NCBI GenBank assembly: GCA_044352465.1
Contig: JBILDU010000002.1
Coordinates: 1 to 64,000, forward strand
DNA from: Bdellovibrionota bacterium
GTDB taxonomy: Bacteria; Bdellovibrionota_C; UBA2361
DNA length: 64,000 nt
Direction: 5' to 3'
Part shown: one piece after another, positions 49,252 through 59,182 of the stretch
How the letters are laid out: each line of letters opens with the position of its first letter
Numbering within the stretch: the first letter of the stretch is position 1
The notes under the pieces: model-generated
Seen by the model: the letters and a program-made list of their open reading frames with translations, nothing else
Databases searched by the model: none
Told to the model about the DNA's origin: nothing
Position numbers and translations under genes: made by a program

Positions 49252-49946
49252 ACTCTATTCTGTTAATCGTTGTCGCGCTCGTGCTCGCCGGTATTATCGC
49301 GGGCCTGCTTTATTTCTTGATGAAGCGGCGGGGAGGTCGGGCTGACCCGGCGCTCGCTACATTGAAAAGAATCCGCGATGAAAGAACGAAGTTACTCGAG
49401 CAGCTGCGGGAGGCGTTTGCGCGTCTTGTCCCAGTTTCGGCGGTGCGGAGTGCCCTCAAGGAGGTGGCCATTCGTCAGGAGGCGTTGCGCGCGGAGAAGG
49501 GGCGGATCACGATCACTCAAGCTGAGCTGGAGACTGTTGACTCGCGTCTTCGCGAACTCGAAGAGGTTGAACGGGAGCTCGAAGCCAGCGGTTTGGAGAC
49601 AAAGGAAGAGCTGAACATTCTGAAGAAGAAGGAAGCTGAACTTAATTCCAAAAATACAGCGTTGAAGGAGCAGATATCTGCGGCGGTGCAAGTGCTCGAT
49701 ACGGTCATCTCCGAGATCGAGATGTCTCAACAGCTCCAAGAGCAGGTGCTCGCCTGCAAAACGGAGCTTCTTCAGACCGAGCAGAGTGTCGCCACCTTGG
49801 TTCTCCAGATCGAGCAGGGCAACGAGCAGTATTTTGTTCTCAAACGACGCTATGATGCTCTCGATATTGAGTACGCTCAACTGTTCGAGAAGTTCTCCGA
49901 GGCTGAGTCGCTCGTTGGTTCAAAGAGCGACTCCTCAAAAGAATAG
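49248..49946 (+). CDS. Membrane-anchored coiled-coil protein
   Basis: N-terminal TM plus KRR, followed by heptads; ATGA overlap with the vWA gene. Confidence 0.8.
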   Translation: MNSILLIVVALVLAGIIAGLLYFLMKRRGGRADPALATLKRIRDERTKLLEQLREAFARLVPVSAVRSALKEVAIRQEALRAEKGRITITQAELETVDSRLRELEEVERELEASGLETKEELNILKKKEAELNSKNTALKEQISAAVQVLDTVISEIEMSQQLQEQVLACKTELLQTEQSVATLVLQIEQGNEQYFVLKRRYDALDIEYAQLFEKFSEAESLVGSKSDSSKE

Positions 49947-49991
49947 CGGCTGGAGAAAGCCAACCCGAGGTGGGCTTGTCAGGGGAGGATG

Positions 49992-52214
49992 TTACAACAT
50001 CTCCTGAGGATCCATGTCGAAGGTCACCTTGACTTTCCGCGACTGCTTCTTCTCGCCACGAAGATGGCCCATCACTTTCAGGAGGTGGATTGGGTTCGCT
50101 GCTTTTAAAATCATATGCCAGCGCCACGATGTTTTGAGTCGTTCGAGTGGTGCTGGACTCGGTCCGAGGATTTTCACGGGGAGGGTGAGGGACTCGATCA
50201 TACGTTGGGCGAGGGAGCGTAACAGCAACAGTTGGGCCTCGGCTTCGCGTTTGTCTTGCGAGCTCGCGACGATTCGAAGGAGCCGCGTGAAGGGGGGATA
50301 GCCGAGCTCCTGTCTGACCGCAAGCTCCCCCTCTGCAAATCCGAGGAAATCATCCTGCATCGTGCGGAGCAAGCTGGGGTGACGAGGAACCCGAGTTTGT
50401 AAAATAACCAGGCCGGCTTTGTCTCCGCGGCCAGCTCTTCCGGCCGCTTGCGTGAGCAGTTGGAAGACACGCTCGCTCGCCCTAAAATCAGGCATATGCA
50501 GACCCACGTCGCAGTCGGCAACTCCCACCACCGTGACGTTCGGGAGATCGTGCCCTTTGGCGATCATTTGGGTGCCGACCAGGATCTCGGTCGCGCCACT
50601 TCTGACCCGGCTGAGGATTGCCTTATAGGCGTCGAGATCGTTCGCTGCGTCCCGATCGAGTCGATCGATCCGAGCTGTGGGAAATAGACTTTGGAGTTCC
50701 TCGAAGATGCGCTCAGTCCCCGCACCACGTTGTACCAGTTTTCCCGGCGGCGGATCGGTCGAAGGGGGACACGCAGGGCAGAATTCACTGGGAACGACGC
50801 TGAGGTTGCAATAATGACAGATGAGCTCGTGGGAGCGCTGGTGGTAGGTGAAGGTGACCGAGCAATTAGGGCATTCGACCACGGTTTCACAGCGCTCACA
50901 TTGAAGGTAGCTGGCGAAGCCACGACGATTGTACAGCACAAAAACCTGCTCCTGACGCGCGAGAGCTGTGGCGATCGCATTTTGAAGCTGCGGGGAGACG
51001 TTCGGCGCGGGGAGTTCCCATGGCTTCAGTCGGTTAAGGTCAACGAGGTCGAAGGTGAGTGGGGTCGCGGTGCTGTGTCGGGCTGGAAGTGCGAGGTAGC
51101 GATAGCGCTTCGAGCGGGCGTGATGAAGGCTTTCGAGCGAAGGTGTCGCCGAACCGAGAACTACCGGACAATTGGAGCGGTGGGCGAGCACCACCGCAAG
51201 ATCACGCCCGTTATATCGCAGCCCCTCAGATTGCTTATAGGAGCTGTCGTGCTCTTCATCGACGATGATGAGTCCGAGATTATGGACCGGTGCAAAGATA
51301 CCGGAGCGCGCGCCGATCGCGATCCGACAACGATTTTCAAGCAGGGCGCGCCACGACTCCCAGCGGGTCCGGCGGTGCAGTCCGCTGTGGAGAACCGCGA
51401 TATCCTCACCGAGTCTCCCGCGGAATCGATCGATGAGCTGAGGAGTTAACGCTATCTCCGGAACGACCACGATGGCACCGTGACCACTCGCGAGAGCGTG
51501 TTTAATCGCCTCGATATAGACCTCAGTTTTACCGCTTCCCGTTACCCCGTGGAGAAGGAACGGTTGAGGGGCCCGCGCGGTCACGGAGGCCGAGATCGCT
51601 TCGACCGCTGTCTGTTGGTGAAGTGTCAACTCAACTGCGTCCTTCACCCAACTCGGCTGTAATTCGGTGTGAAGGGAGGTGGGGACGATCTCCGTTTCAT
51701 CGATCGCGATGATGCCCGCGGTTGTCAGAGCTCGGATCGCGGGGCCGGAACCGCGGCAAACCTTGAGGAGATAATTGTAGTCTTGTACCCCACCGTTCTC
51801 TTGAAGCATCGTGAGAACGGCGCGTTGGACCTTGCCTCGCAGTACATCTGCTGGTTCCTTGAGAAGCCGCATCGTGCGGCGATATCGACGCACCGATATC
51901 GGTGGCACAGCGACATCGATCACATTGGCGAGACTCTCGCCGTAATAGTCCGCGACCCATGATAGAAATTCCAGCTGCTCTGGCAGGAAGCACCCCTCGA
52001 GTTCGCTGTCCGAAAAGATACTTTTGAGCTCGATAGTGGGGTCCGGCGGAGATACCCCATCTCCGAGCCCAACCACGTAACCGGCGGCGCGACGTCGGCC
52101 AAACGGTATCTCGACCCTGCTCCCCACTTTAATTTGCGCAACGATCTCTTCCGGAACACGATAGGTAAAAGGGTGAGGTAATGGCGGAATAACGATGTTT
52201 ACAAGGTCGCGCAT
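49992..52214 (-). CDS. priA: Primosomal protein N'
   Basis: GVTGSGKTEVY, DEEH, four CxxC pairs, GTQMIAKG, QAAGRAGR. Confidence 0.97.
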   Translation of the reverse strand: MRDLVNIVIPPLPHPFTYRVPEEIVAQIKVGSRVEIPFGRRRAAGYVVGLGDGVSPPDPTIELKSIFSDSELEGCFLPEQLEFLSWVADYYGESLANVIDVAVPPISVRRYRRTMRLLKEPADVLRGKVQRAVLTMLQENGGVQDYNYLLKVCRGSGPAIRALTTAGIIAIDETEIVPTSLHTELQPSWVKDAVELTLHQQTAVEAISASVTARAPQPFLLHGVTGSGKTEVYIEAIKHALASGHGAIVVVPEIALTPQLIDRFRGRLGEDIAVLHSGLHRRTRWESWRALLENRCRIAIGARSGIFAPVHNLGLIIVDEEHDSSYKQSEGLRYNGRDLAVVLAHRSNCPVVLGSATPSLESLHHARSKRYRYLALPARHSTATPLTFDLVDLNRLKPWELPAPNVSPQLQNAIATALARQEQVFVLYNRRGFASYLQCERCETVVECPNCSVTFTYHQRSHELICHYCNLSVVPSEFCPACPPSTDPPPGKLVQRGAGTERIFEELQSLFPTARIDRLDRDAANDLDAYKAILSRVRSGATEILVGTQMIAKGHDLPNVTVVGVADCDVGLHMPDFRASERVFQLLTQAAGRAGRGDKAGLVILQTRVPRHPSLLRTMQDDFLGFAEGELAVRQELGYPPFTRLLRIVASSQDKREAEAQLLLLRSLAQRMIESLTLPVKILGPSPAPLERLKTSWRWHMILKAANPIHLLKVMGHLRGEKKQSRKVKVTFDMDPQEML

Positions 52215-52627
52215 GCCGCATCTCCCTTGGCCTGAAGAGGATTAATTTCGAGAGCTTGCCGCAAGGATAAGGAGGCAGAATGGTGGTAGTTCCTCGTGGA
52301 CGCAGGAGACATCGCAGATTCGCGCTTTTCTTAAAATAACTCGCTCTGTGGCTGTTGCAGTCCGATAGTCATAACGTGATCCAACAAATTTTTCACCCGG
52401 GGAGATGTCGGCGTAACAAAAGTAAGGGGTTCGGCATCTTATAAGAACCGCTCCCCCAGGAAGCGCTCAGATTGTTTCGGGGAGGGCGCGGGGGAAACAG
52501 GTGGCCGGCTGTGCAACGTCGCGTGTTATTTACTCATGAGGCTTCGGCCCAGAGTTCAACCTGACTGAGGTCGTTGATCTCAGTTTCGCAGCGCTAATCG
52601 ATGGGATGACGACAAAGATGTATCGGT

Positions 52628-53698
52628 ATGTTTAGTCTTTGGAAAAAGCAGGAGCAGCTCGTCGGCATCGATATCGGAGCTGCGGCGATTAAAGTTGTTG
52701 AGCTCGAACTCGGTAGAAGTGGGGCTCGACTCCGTCGCGCGGAGCTCTGGCCGCTCAAAGGGGATGTCTTTTCCAACAATTCGATTACTAAGCCGGATCG
52801 CGTCGTCGGTGAGCTTCTCCGACTGTGTGATAACGTTCCGCCGCCCCGCGCTGTGACTGCGGTTCCAGCCCCGAGCGTCTTTGTAAAAAAGATTACCGTT
52901 CCAAAGTCGGGTGGAGCTGCCCTTGCAGCAAACGTGCAGCTTGAAGCGAGCAATCTGATACCGCACAAGCTCGATGCGGTGCGGCTTGATTATCAGGTGC
53001 TCGGGATGAGTGGCGCTAACCTGATGGAGGTGCTGCTCGTCGCGGTGAAGGGCGACGTGCTGGATAGTTTTACGGGGTGTCTCAACGGGGCGGGAATCGA
53101 GACAGCGATCGTCGATGTGGACCTCTTTGCTTTGCAGAACGCTTTTGAGTTTACCCAACCGGAGCGTGCTCAGTCTACCGTGGCCCTCGTTAATATCGGG
53201 GCCCGTTACACGGGTGTGAACATCTGTCGCGGTGGCCGCTCGCTCTCGAGCGGTGACATGGCGATTGGGGGACGCGGATGCACCGAGGCTTTGATGCACC
53301 ATCTCGGCGTCGGATTCGACGAAGCCGAGCAACGCAAGATTCGATGTGACCACGATGAGAAACGCGCCGAGATTCATGAAGTGTTAGGGCGTTGGGTGGA
53401 TAGCGCGGCGCTTGAGATTAATCGGCAACTAGGACTTCTTTGGGGCGGAGTTGCCGCCGATGGACGGATCGATTCCGTCATCGTGAGTGGGGGCGGTTCG
53501 CTCGTTCCCGGATGCCTTGAGGCGCTATCGCGGCGAACCGAATTGCCGTGTGAGCGGCTCGACCCATTTCGGGGCCTCGAACCCGGGGATATCTCGGGAG
53601 CAGGTGGTGAGCTAGCTGCAAGTGCCTCGATGGGGGTCGCGGTCGGCCTCGCCCTGAGACGCTTGGGTGATAAATCCACGGCGGGGCTAGCGGTATGA
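52628..53698 (+). CDS. pilM: Type IV pilus assembly protein PilM
   Basis: GIDIG...IK, LVNIG, SGGG, VGLALR. Confidence 0.92.
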   Translation: MFSLWKKQEQLVGIDIGAAAIKVVELELGRSGARLRRAELWPLKGDVFSNNSITKPDRVVGELLRLCDNVPPPRAVTAVPAPSVFVKKITVPKSGGAALAANVQLEASNLIPHKLDAVRLDYQVLGMSGANLMEVLLVAVKGDVLDSFTGCLNGAGIETAIVDVDLFALQNAFEFTQPERAQSTVALVNIGARYTGVNICRGGRSLSSGDMAIGGRGCTEALMHHLGVGFDEAEQRKIRCDHDEKRAEIHEVLGRWVDSAALEINRQLGLLWGGVAADGRIDSVIVSGGGSLVPGCLEALSRRTELPCERLDPFRGLEPGDISGAGGELAASASMGVAVGLALRRLGDKSTAGLAV

Positions 53699-54291
53699 TT
53701 AAAGTTAATCTTCTGGGCGAACCGGCCGGGATCGATCGTGCTACCCAACGGTGGTTCGGTGCCTACGGTGCCTCGGTACTACTCCTCGTTACCCTTTGCG
53801 GTGTTGTCTATGCGAGCTCCATCGCCCGAGTCGGGGCGCTCGAGAGCGAGACGACGGAGCTTAATAGCACGCTCTTAAAGCTAAAAAAGGAGACGAAAGA
53901 GGTACGCGAGCTTGATGCCAAAAGGAAAGAGCTCCACGCCAAACTCGATGTTATCGCCCGATTGAAATTGACTAAAGTGGGGCCGGTGCGTGTCCTTGAC
54001 GATCTAAACCAAGCGGTCCCGGAGCGGGTGTGGCTAACGGAGATAGCCGAAACAGCGACGATCTTAAAGTTGAGTGGCTATGCCCTCGACAATCAGACTA
54101 TCGCAGCGTTCATGAAGGAGCTTGAACGTTCTGATTTTTTTGAAACGGTCGAGCTCGTTGAAACGAAGCAGATGGATCGAGATGGCGTGAAGATGAAGCT
54201 CTTCACCCTCGAGTCGAGGATAAACTACGCTGGCGCCTCCCCCAAGCCAGCGGCTACCGCGGACACTGCTCCGGAGGGGCGAGTCGGATGA
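53695..54291 (+). CDS. pilN: Type IV pilus assembly protein PilN
   Basis: MIKVNLL motif, TM, coiled coil, P.RVWLT. Confidence 0.92.
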   Translation: MIKVNLLGEPAGIDRATQRWFGAYGASVLLLVTLCGVVYASSIARVGALESETTELNSTLLKLKKETKEVRELDAKRKELHAKLDVIARLKLTKVGPVRVLDDLNQAVPERVWLTEIAETATILKLSGYALDNQTIAAFMKELERSDFFETVELVETKQMDRDGVKMKLFTLESRINYAGASPKPAATADTAPEGRVG

Positions 54292-54917
54292 ATGAATTCC
54301 TAACTCGATTTATGGACCGGCCGCGGGGTCATAAGATCGCCGCGTGGGTTGGGAGCCTCCTCCTCGTCGGACTGGTGTTCTGGCAGTCCTTCTATGCTGA
54401 CATCGCTCAGCAGGTTGCTGTATTGCAGGAGCGTCGTGCCGACCTGAATTCACAGATCGAAGTTGAGCAACGGCTTGTCCGGAACTTGGCCGCCTATCGA
54501 ACCGAGGTGGGTGAGCTCGAGGTTCAACTCCGCCAAGCGCTGCAAGAGCTCCCTGATAAAAAAGAGATTCCTGAGCTTCTGAAATCAATTTCAACCCTGG
54601 CGACTCAAGCGGGGCTCGAGGAGGCTCTGTTTCGTCCGGTGCCGGAAGTTTTTCGTGAGTTTTACGCCGAAGTCCCGGTAGCGATAGCGGTTCAGGGGAC
54701 GTTTCATCAGGTGGCGAAATTTTTCGATGAAGTTGGCCGGCTTCCCCGCATCGTCAACATCAACCAGATCGCGGTGCGGGAACCTGAGCTCAAAGACGAT
54801 GAGGTGAGAATTAAAGCGGAGTGCACCGCGACGACTTTTCGGTACCTCGACGAGGCCGAAATGGCGCGTCACCGAGAAGCAACTGAGGATGCCAAGAAGC
54901 GTCGGCGTCGCTCGTGA
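54288..54917 (+). CDS. pilO: Type IV pilus assembly protein PilO
   Basis: LP..KEIP.LL, FYAEVP, G.FH....FF..V..LPRIVN, TFRY. Confidence 0.93.
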   Translation: MNEFLTRFMDRPRGHKIAAWVGSLLLVGLVFWQSFYADIAQQVAVLQERRADLNSQIEVEQRLVRNLAAYRTEVGELEVQLRQALQELPDKKEIPELLKSISTLATQAGLEEALFRPVPEVFREFYAEVPVAIAVQGTFHQVAKFFDEVGRLPRIVNINQIAVREPELKDDEVRIKAECTATTFRYLDEAEMARHREATEDAKKRRRRS

Positions 54918-55254
54918 GGTCGGTGCAAGACGGTAATACGACACCAACTCCGGGATCCGACGCGCCGTCGACTACTCTCCAATCTGCCGCCTCAAAATTT
55001 TTTCGCCGGCTCTCACACCTTGTCGTTTCCTAATCCGTGGGGCTCCATCTCCGCCGCAGCCGCCGAGAGTGTACGAAGGCGATCTTGTGGGAAGCGTGAG
55101 ACAAGTAAACGGCGTTCGTGACGGAACGTCCGGCGTGGGGCCTCCCGTTGAGAGATGTGTAATTTTGATACTCCGTTCTAATGAGATCGCTTGTTGCAGA
55201 GTCGTTCGGAGGTCGGCTCTCGAGCCGAGCGGGGGGATGTCTGCAGAAAGAGGA

Positions 55255-55284
55255 TTGACAGTTCTAACCCCAAAACCTTATTCA
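55255..55284 (+). promoter_or_regulatory. Possible sigma70 promoter for pilQ
   Basis: Perfect TTGACA; weak -10 (TATTCA) at 18 nt spacing. Confidence 0.3.
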
Positions 55285-55520
55285 ATTTCAGAGGCTTCCG
55301 GCGTCCTCCGCTGTTTTCAATTGCCTTATTTTCGGAAAAGCTCCCACACGAGGAGCCGGTTGGTTCAACGAGGTTTGCTTCTTCTCAGCGGTTGAGAAGG
55401 TGGTTGTTTCCGTTTTCGTTGCAATCCCGTTGCCTGTCGAAAGCATCATAGCCCAGACACCGTTGTGTCGGCTCAGCCTTCGGCACCGGTTGTTTTACGT
55501 TAGAGTAAATGGAGAAACTC

Positions 55521-57473
55521 ATGATTGTGAGCCCGAGAGTCATGCGGGGGAATCGCTCGATTCGGAGCGGTTTGTTGGCGGTCGCGGCCGTTTTGTGTCT
55601 TGTCGCGGGTAGCGCCTCGGCGGCGCCATCGAACGAAGCGGCGGCAAATGGAGCTGCAGCGACAAGCGGTGCGAACTCGACCTCGGAGTTGAGTGCAGAC
55701 TCCGCCGTGACGGCGATTCGGATTGAGCCACTCGGTGCGACTGAGAACGCAATCATCGGCGAGCTTTCGAAGCCGACCGGGGTAACCTTAAAAAAGACAG
55801 CTCCATCGGAGTACGTTCTCTCACTTGAAAATGCCACCCTTGCTGAGGCGGCTGCGGCGACGTTGGTAGCTCCGCCGAGTGCCGGAACGATTCGTTCGGT
55901 TCGTCCATTGACCGATGCAAAGAGCGCCACTTTTCGGATCTTTGCTGCACCGACCGTGGATTTGAAAGCTGAGGTGCGCGGCAACCAGTTCGTGGTGAAG
56001 GCGGCGACGACGTCGCTCGACGAGCGTGCGCAGATGGATCCGAACGGAGCTCCAGCACCTGCCGCCGACGCAGCGGCTAAACCGGCGAGTGCCGATGAGG
56101 TGACGATTTCCGGACCCGAGGCACCCACTCAGGAGATGGACGCCGAAGTCGCGGCGCTCTTGAGCGAACAGCCCAAATATAGCGGTCGACTCATCTCCCT
56201 TGATCTCCAAGATACCGATATCGATAACGCTTTGCGGATTATCGCTGAGGTCTCGAACTTGAACATTATCGCGAGCGAAGATGTTGCCGGTAAGGTAACG
56301 CTGCGGCTCATCGACGTGCCGTGGGATCAGGCGCTGGATGTTATCCTCAAGACGAACGCCCTTGATAAAGTTCAAGAGGGGAACGTCGTGCGCATCGCGC
56401 CGGTGGAGAAGCTGCGTTTGGAGCGGGAAGCTCTGAAGCAGTCTCAGCAGGCGGAAGACGATCTCGAACCTCTCTCGGTGAAGTATATTCGGGTCAGCTA
56501 CGCGAAAGCGGCTGAGCTCAAGCCTCTCATCGATACGGTCATCTCGGAGCGCGGCTCGGTCTCATACGATGAGCGGACTAATCAGCTTATCGTCAAAGAT
56601 ATTCGCAAGGGGCTCAAGAACGTCGTTGAGCTCGTCTCGAAACTTGACCTGCGCACTCCGCAGATCTTGATCGAGACCCAGATCGTTGAAGCGAAACGTG
56701 ACTTTTCGCGTGAGCTTGGAGCGGAGCTCGGCTTCCAGTCGATTCAATCGCCGGAGACCGGTAACGCTACGAGCCGAAATTTTCCGAACTCGATCAACAT
56801 CGTTGGTTCAACGGATGATAAAGGCACGTTCTCAAGTTTCCCGGCGGCATCGGGAGCTGCGGGGATCAGCTTCCTGCTCGGCAGTGCTGATGGATCGCTA
56901 TCACTTAATACCCGCCTCTCCGCCCTGGAGAACGAGGGGCGTGGTCGTGTGGTGAGCCGTCCATCGGTGGCCACGACCAATAACAAGCAGGCAGTGATTA
57001 AGAGCGTCGAGAAGGTGCGCATTAAGACCCCAAGTGGGGGTGTCTCGGTAGCGACCGGCTCGGGTGCTTCGGCGAGTGGTACGAGCGCCGTAGCCACGGA
57101 GGTTATTGAAGTCGGTATCGTTCTTGAGGTAACCCCGCAGGCGTCGCCGGACTACTTCGTCCTTCTTGATATCAATGCGAAGTCGAGTACGCTCGGCGTG
57201 GCGCGGGTAGATGGCATTCCGGGCGAGATTGAGCGGAGCGCCACCTCGACCGTGCTCGTTTCAAGTGGTCAGACCTTTGCGATGGGTGGCATCTACAAGA
57301 TCGACGACTCAACGAGCGTTGAGGGCGTGCCGTTCTTCAAAGACATACCGTTCATCGGCCACTTCTTTCGCAGCCAGTTGGTGGATAACGGAGACGAGGA
57401 GCTGCTCTTCTTCCTGACTCCCCGGATCGTTGAGGGTAGTTTCGACGATGCTGCGATGAAGGTTAATTCGTAG
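55521..57473 (+). CDS. pilQ: Type IV pilus secretin PilQ
   Basis: ISLDLQD..VTLRL.DVPWDQALD, D.RTN, QILIE.QIVEA, GVPF.KDIP.IG..F. GGAG SD before ATG 55521 (track start 55509). Confidence 0.95.
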   Translation: MIVSPRVMRGNRSIRSGLLAVAAVLCLVAGSASAAPSNEAAANGAAATSGANSTSELSADSAVTAIRIEPLGATENAIIGELSKPTGVTLKKTAPSEYVLSLENATLAEAAAATLVAPPSAGTIRSVRPLTDAKSATFRIFAAPTVDLKAEVRGNQFVVKAATTSLDERAQMDPNGAPAPAADAAAKPASADEVTISGPEAPTQEMDAEVAALLSEQPKYSGRLISLDLQDTDIDNALRIIAEVSNLNIIASEDVAGKVTLRLIDVPWDQALDVILKTNALDKVQEGNVVRIAPVEKLRLEREALKQSQQAEDDLEPLSVKYIRVSYAKAAELKPLIDTVISERGSVSYDERTNQLIVKDIRKGLKNVVELVSKLDLRTPQILIETQIVEAKRDFSRELGAELGFQSIQSPETGNATSRNFPNSINIVGSTDDKGTFSSFPAASGAAGISFLLGSADGSLSLNTRLSALENEGRGRVVSRPSVATTNNKQAVIKSVEKVRIKTPSGGVSVATGSGASASGTSAVATEVIEVGIVLEVTPQASPDYFVLLDINAKSSTLGVARVDGIPGEIERSATSTVLVSSGQTFAMGGIYKIDDSTSVEGVPFFKDIPFIGHFFRSQLVDNGDEELLFFLTPRIVEGSFDDAAMKVNS

Positions 57474-57520
57474 CGCTGGGCTTGGTTAACGGAACTTTTA
57501 ATTCCTGAAGAGAGAAAAAT

Positions 57521-58171
57521 ATGAATTTATCACGACGGTTCATTCGCCCAGTGCTTGGAGTCGGGATGACCTTGGCGATGGTTGGCTGTGGTTCGGCGTC
57601 GAACGATGACCAAGGGGTCTCTTTCACCAACCTCGGGTTTTTTAGTGTGGACACAGAGACGAACGCTTGCGAGGAGACCGGTGTCTCCTCGGCAATCGTT
57701 TCGATCGGCACGAGCGTCGGGAGTAACTCCTTGACGGGTGCTTCGTTATGTATCGGGTTGCAGAACAATTTGTCTGGCCAGTTCATTCGGTCTGAGCGGG
57801 CGACCATCACCTATTCTATTCCGGGTGCTGCGCTCCAGCCGCCGAGCGCTGTTGTTCCGGTCTCGGCGATCATGGGACCAGGTAGCGCAGGTGCTTCAAC
57901 CTCACTGCCCGATGGTGTCACGAACGAGAGCCGCGTCATTTCAGGTATCCTCTTGTTGCCGGCTGAGACCTTGCGTTTTCTCAGCGTCAATCGAGGGGCG
58001 TTGCCACGGGCGCCGTATACGATGATCGCGTCCGCTGCGGTGACCGGCGTTACGTCGGCGGGCGACAGCTTGGAGACGAATCCGGCTGAGATCGCTATCC
58101 AGGTGACGACGGCGAGCTTGAGTGCGACGGGGAGCGAGGCTGCTATCGAGGATCCCGCCCTGTTTGAGTAA
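57521..58171 (+). CDS. Hypothetical lipoprotein downstream of pilQ
   Basis: Lipobox MVGC; beta-rich mature part. Confidence 0.75.
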   Translation: MNLSRRFIRPVLGVGMTLAMVGCGSASNDDQGVSFTNLGFFSVDTETNACEETGVSSAIVSIGTSVGSNSLTGASLCIGLQNNLSGQFIRSERATITYSIPGAALQPPSAVVPVSAIMGPGSAGASTSLPDGVTNESRVISGILLLPAETLRFLSVNRGALPRAPYTMIASAAVTGVTSAGDSLETNPAEIAIQVTTASLSATGSEAAIEDPALFE

Positions 58172-58688
58172 AGGCGGGTGAATCTCGCTGGGGCGCGGAG
58201 CCAGCTATCCCCCTCCTCCTAAAAAAAGGGGGGCGGCCCCTCGATCTGGTGGGGTGGGGCGGGGGCTCCCCAAGAGTCTCCCCCCTTCAGCGCTACCGCA
58301 GTTTCCCGTCTCCGGTTTTCTACGTTTCGGGGGCCGCTGAGTTTTATGAGCGTTTCCGCCCCTAAAGTTCACTCCTCGAGCCTATTTCATCGCTTGGAAA
58401 GCGAGTTCCAGCAGATATCCAGGCTAAGCCTGGTCAGAGGCCCCCTTTCTCGCTCGCCCGAGCCCCTGCGGCATCCGTAGTTAATGCAACTGGTTATGTT
58501 TACTCCGAAAGCTGCTTCGCTGGAGTTATTCGACTGGCTGTGGCAGACTTGCCCCTCAACACCGGAAGGTGTTTCGACTTATCGCTGCGGTGAGGTGTGC
58601 AAGCACTCCTGCGGGGAAAGCTTAGGACTGTGTGCGTTGCCGATGAGGTCTCTTCGAGAGCTACCTGTCGGTTGTAGTAGGCAAGGCT

Positions 58689-59159
58689 ATGGATATCAAC
58701 GAGATTCAACAGATCATCGCGTTATTTAAGCAAAGCGACGTGACCGAGTTCGAGCTCGATCACGATGGCACGAAGTTGCGTATCGCTCGAGGTGGTCAGC
58801 CGGTAACGGTCCAGACCGTGGCGGTTCGCCCGGTTGATCTTGAGCCGGCCATCGTGGCGGCTTCAAATGGTCAACCTGTGGTGCGGACTGAGAGTCCTGC
58901 TCCCCTGCCGAGTAACCTCACCAAAGTGGAATCCCCGATCGTGGGAACTTTCTACCGTCGTCCCTCGCCCGATGCGGAGCCGTTCGCCAAAGAAGGCGAT
59001 CGAGTGAAGAAAGGGGATACCCTTTGTATCATCGAGGCGATGAAGGTCATGAACGAGATCGATGCTCCATGTAGCGGCAAGGTCGAGAAGGTGTTCTTGT
59101 CGGATGGTAACGTGGTTGAGTTCGGAGAGGTCCTCTTTCTTATTAATCCGGAAGCTTAG
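58689..59159 (+). CDS. accB: Acetyl-CoA carboxylase biotin carboxyl carrier protein
   Basis: SPIVGTFY, EAMK. Confidence 0.97.
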   Translation: MDINEIQQIIALFKQSDVTEFELDHDGTKLRIARGGQPVTVQTVAVRPVDLEPAIVAASNGQPVVRTESPAPLPSNLTKVESPIVGTFYRRPSPDAEPFAKEGDRVKKGDTLCIIEAMKVMNEIDAPCSGKVEKVFLSDGNVVEFGEVLFLINPEA

Positions 59160-59182
59160 CGAGTCCGGGGAGCGCTCATATC

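Noticed and set aside
58172..58688. Long intergenic region before accB (efp often lies here) with G/C-run hairpins
   Set aside because: No efp-like ORF or recognisable RNA; the hairpins are low-complexity.
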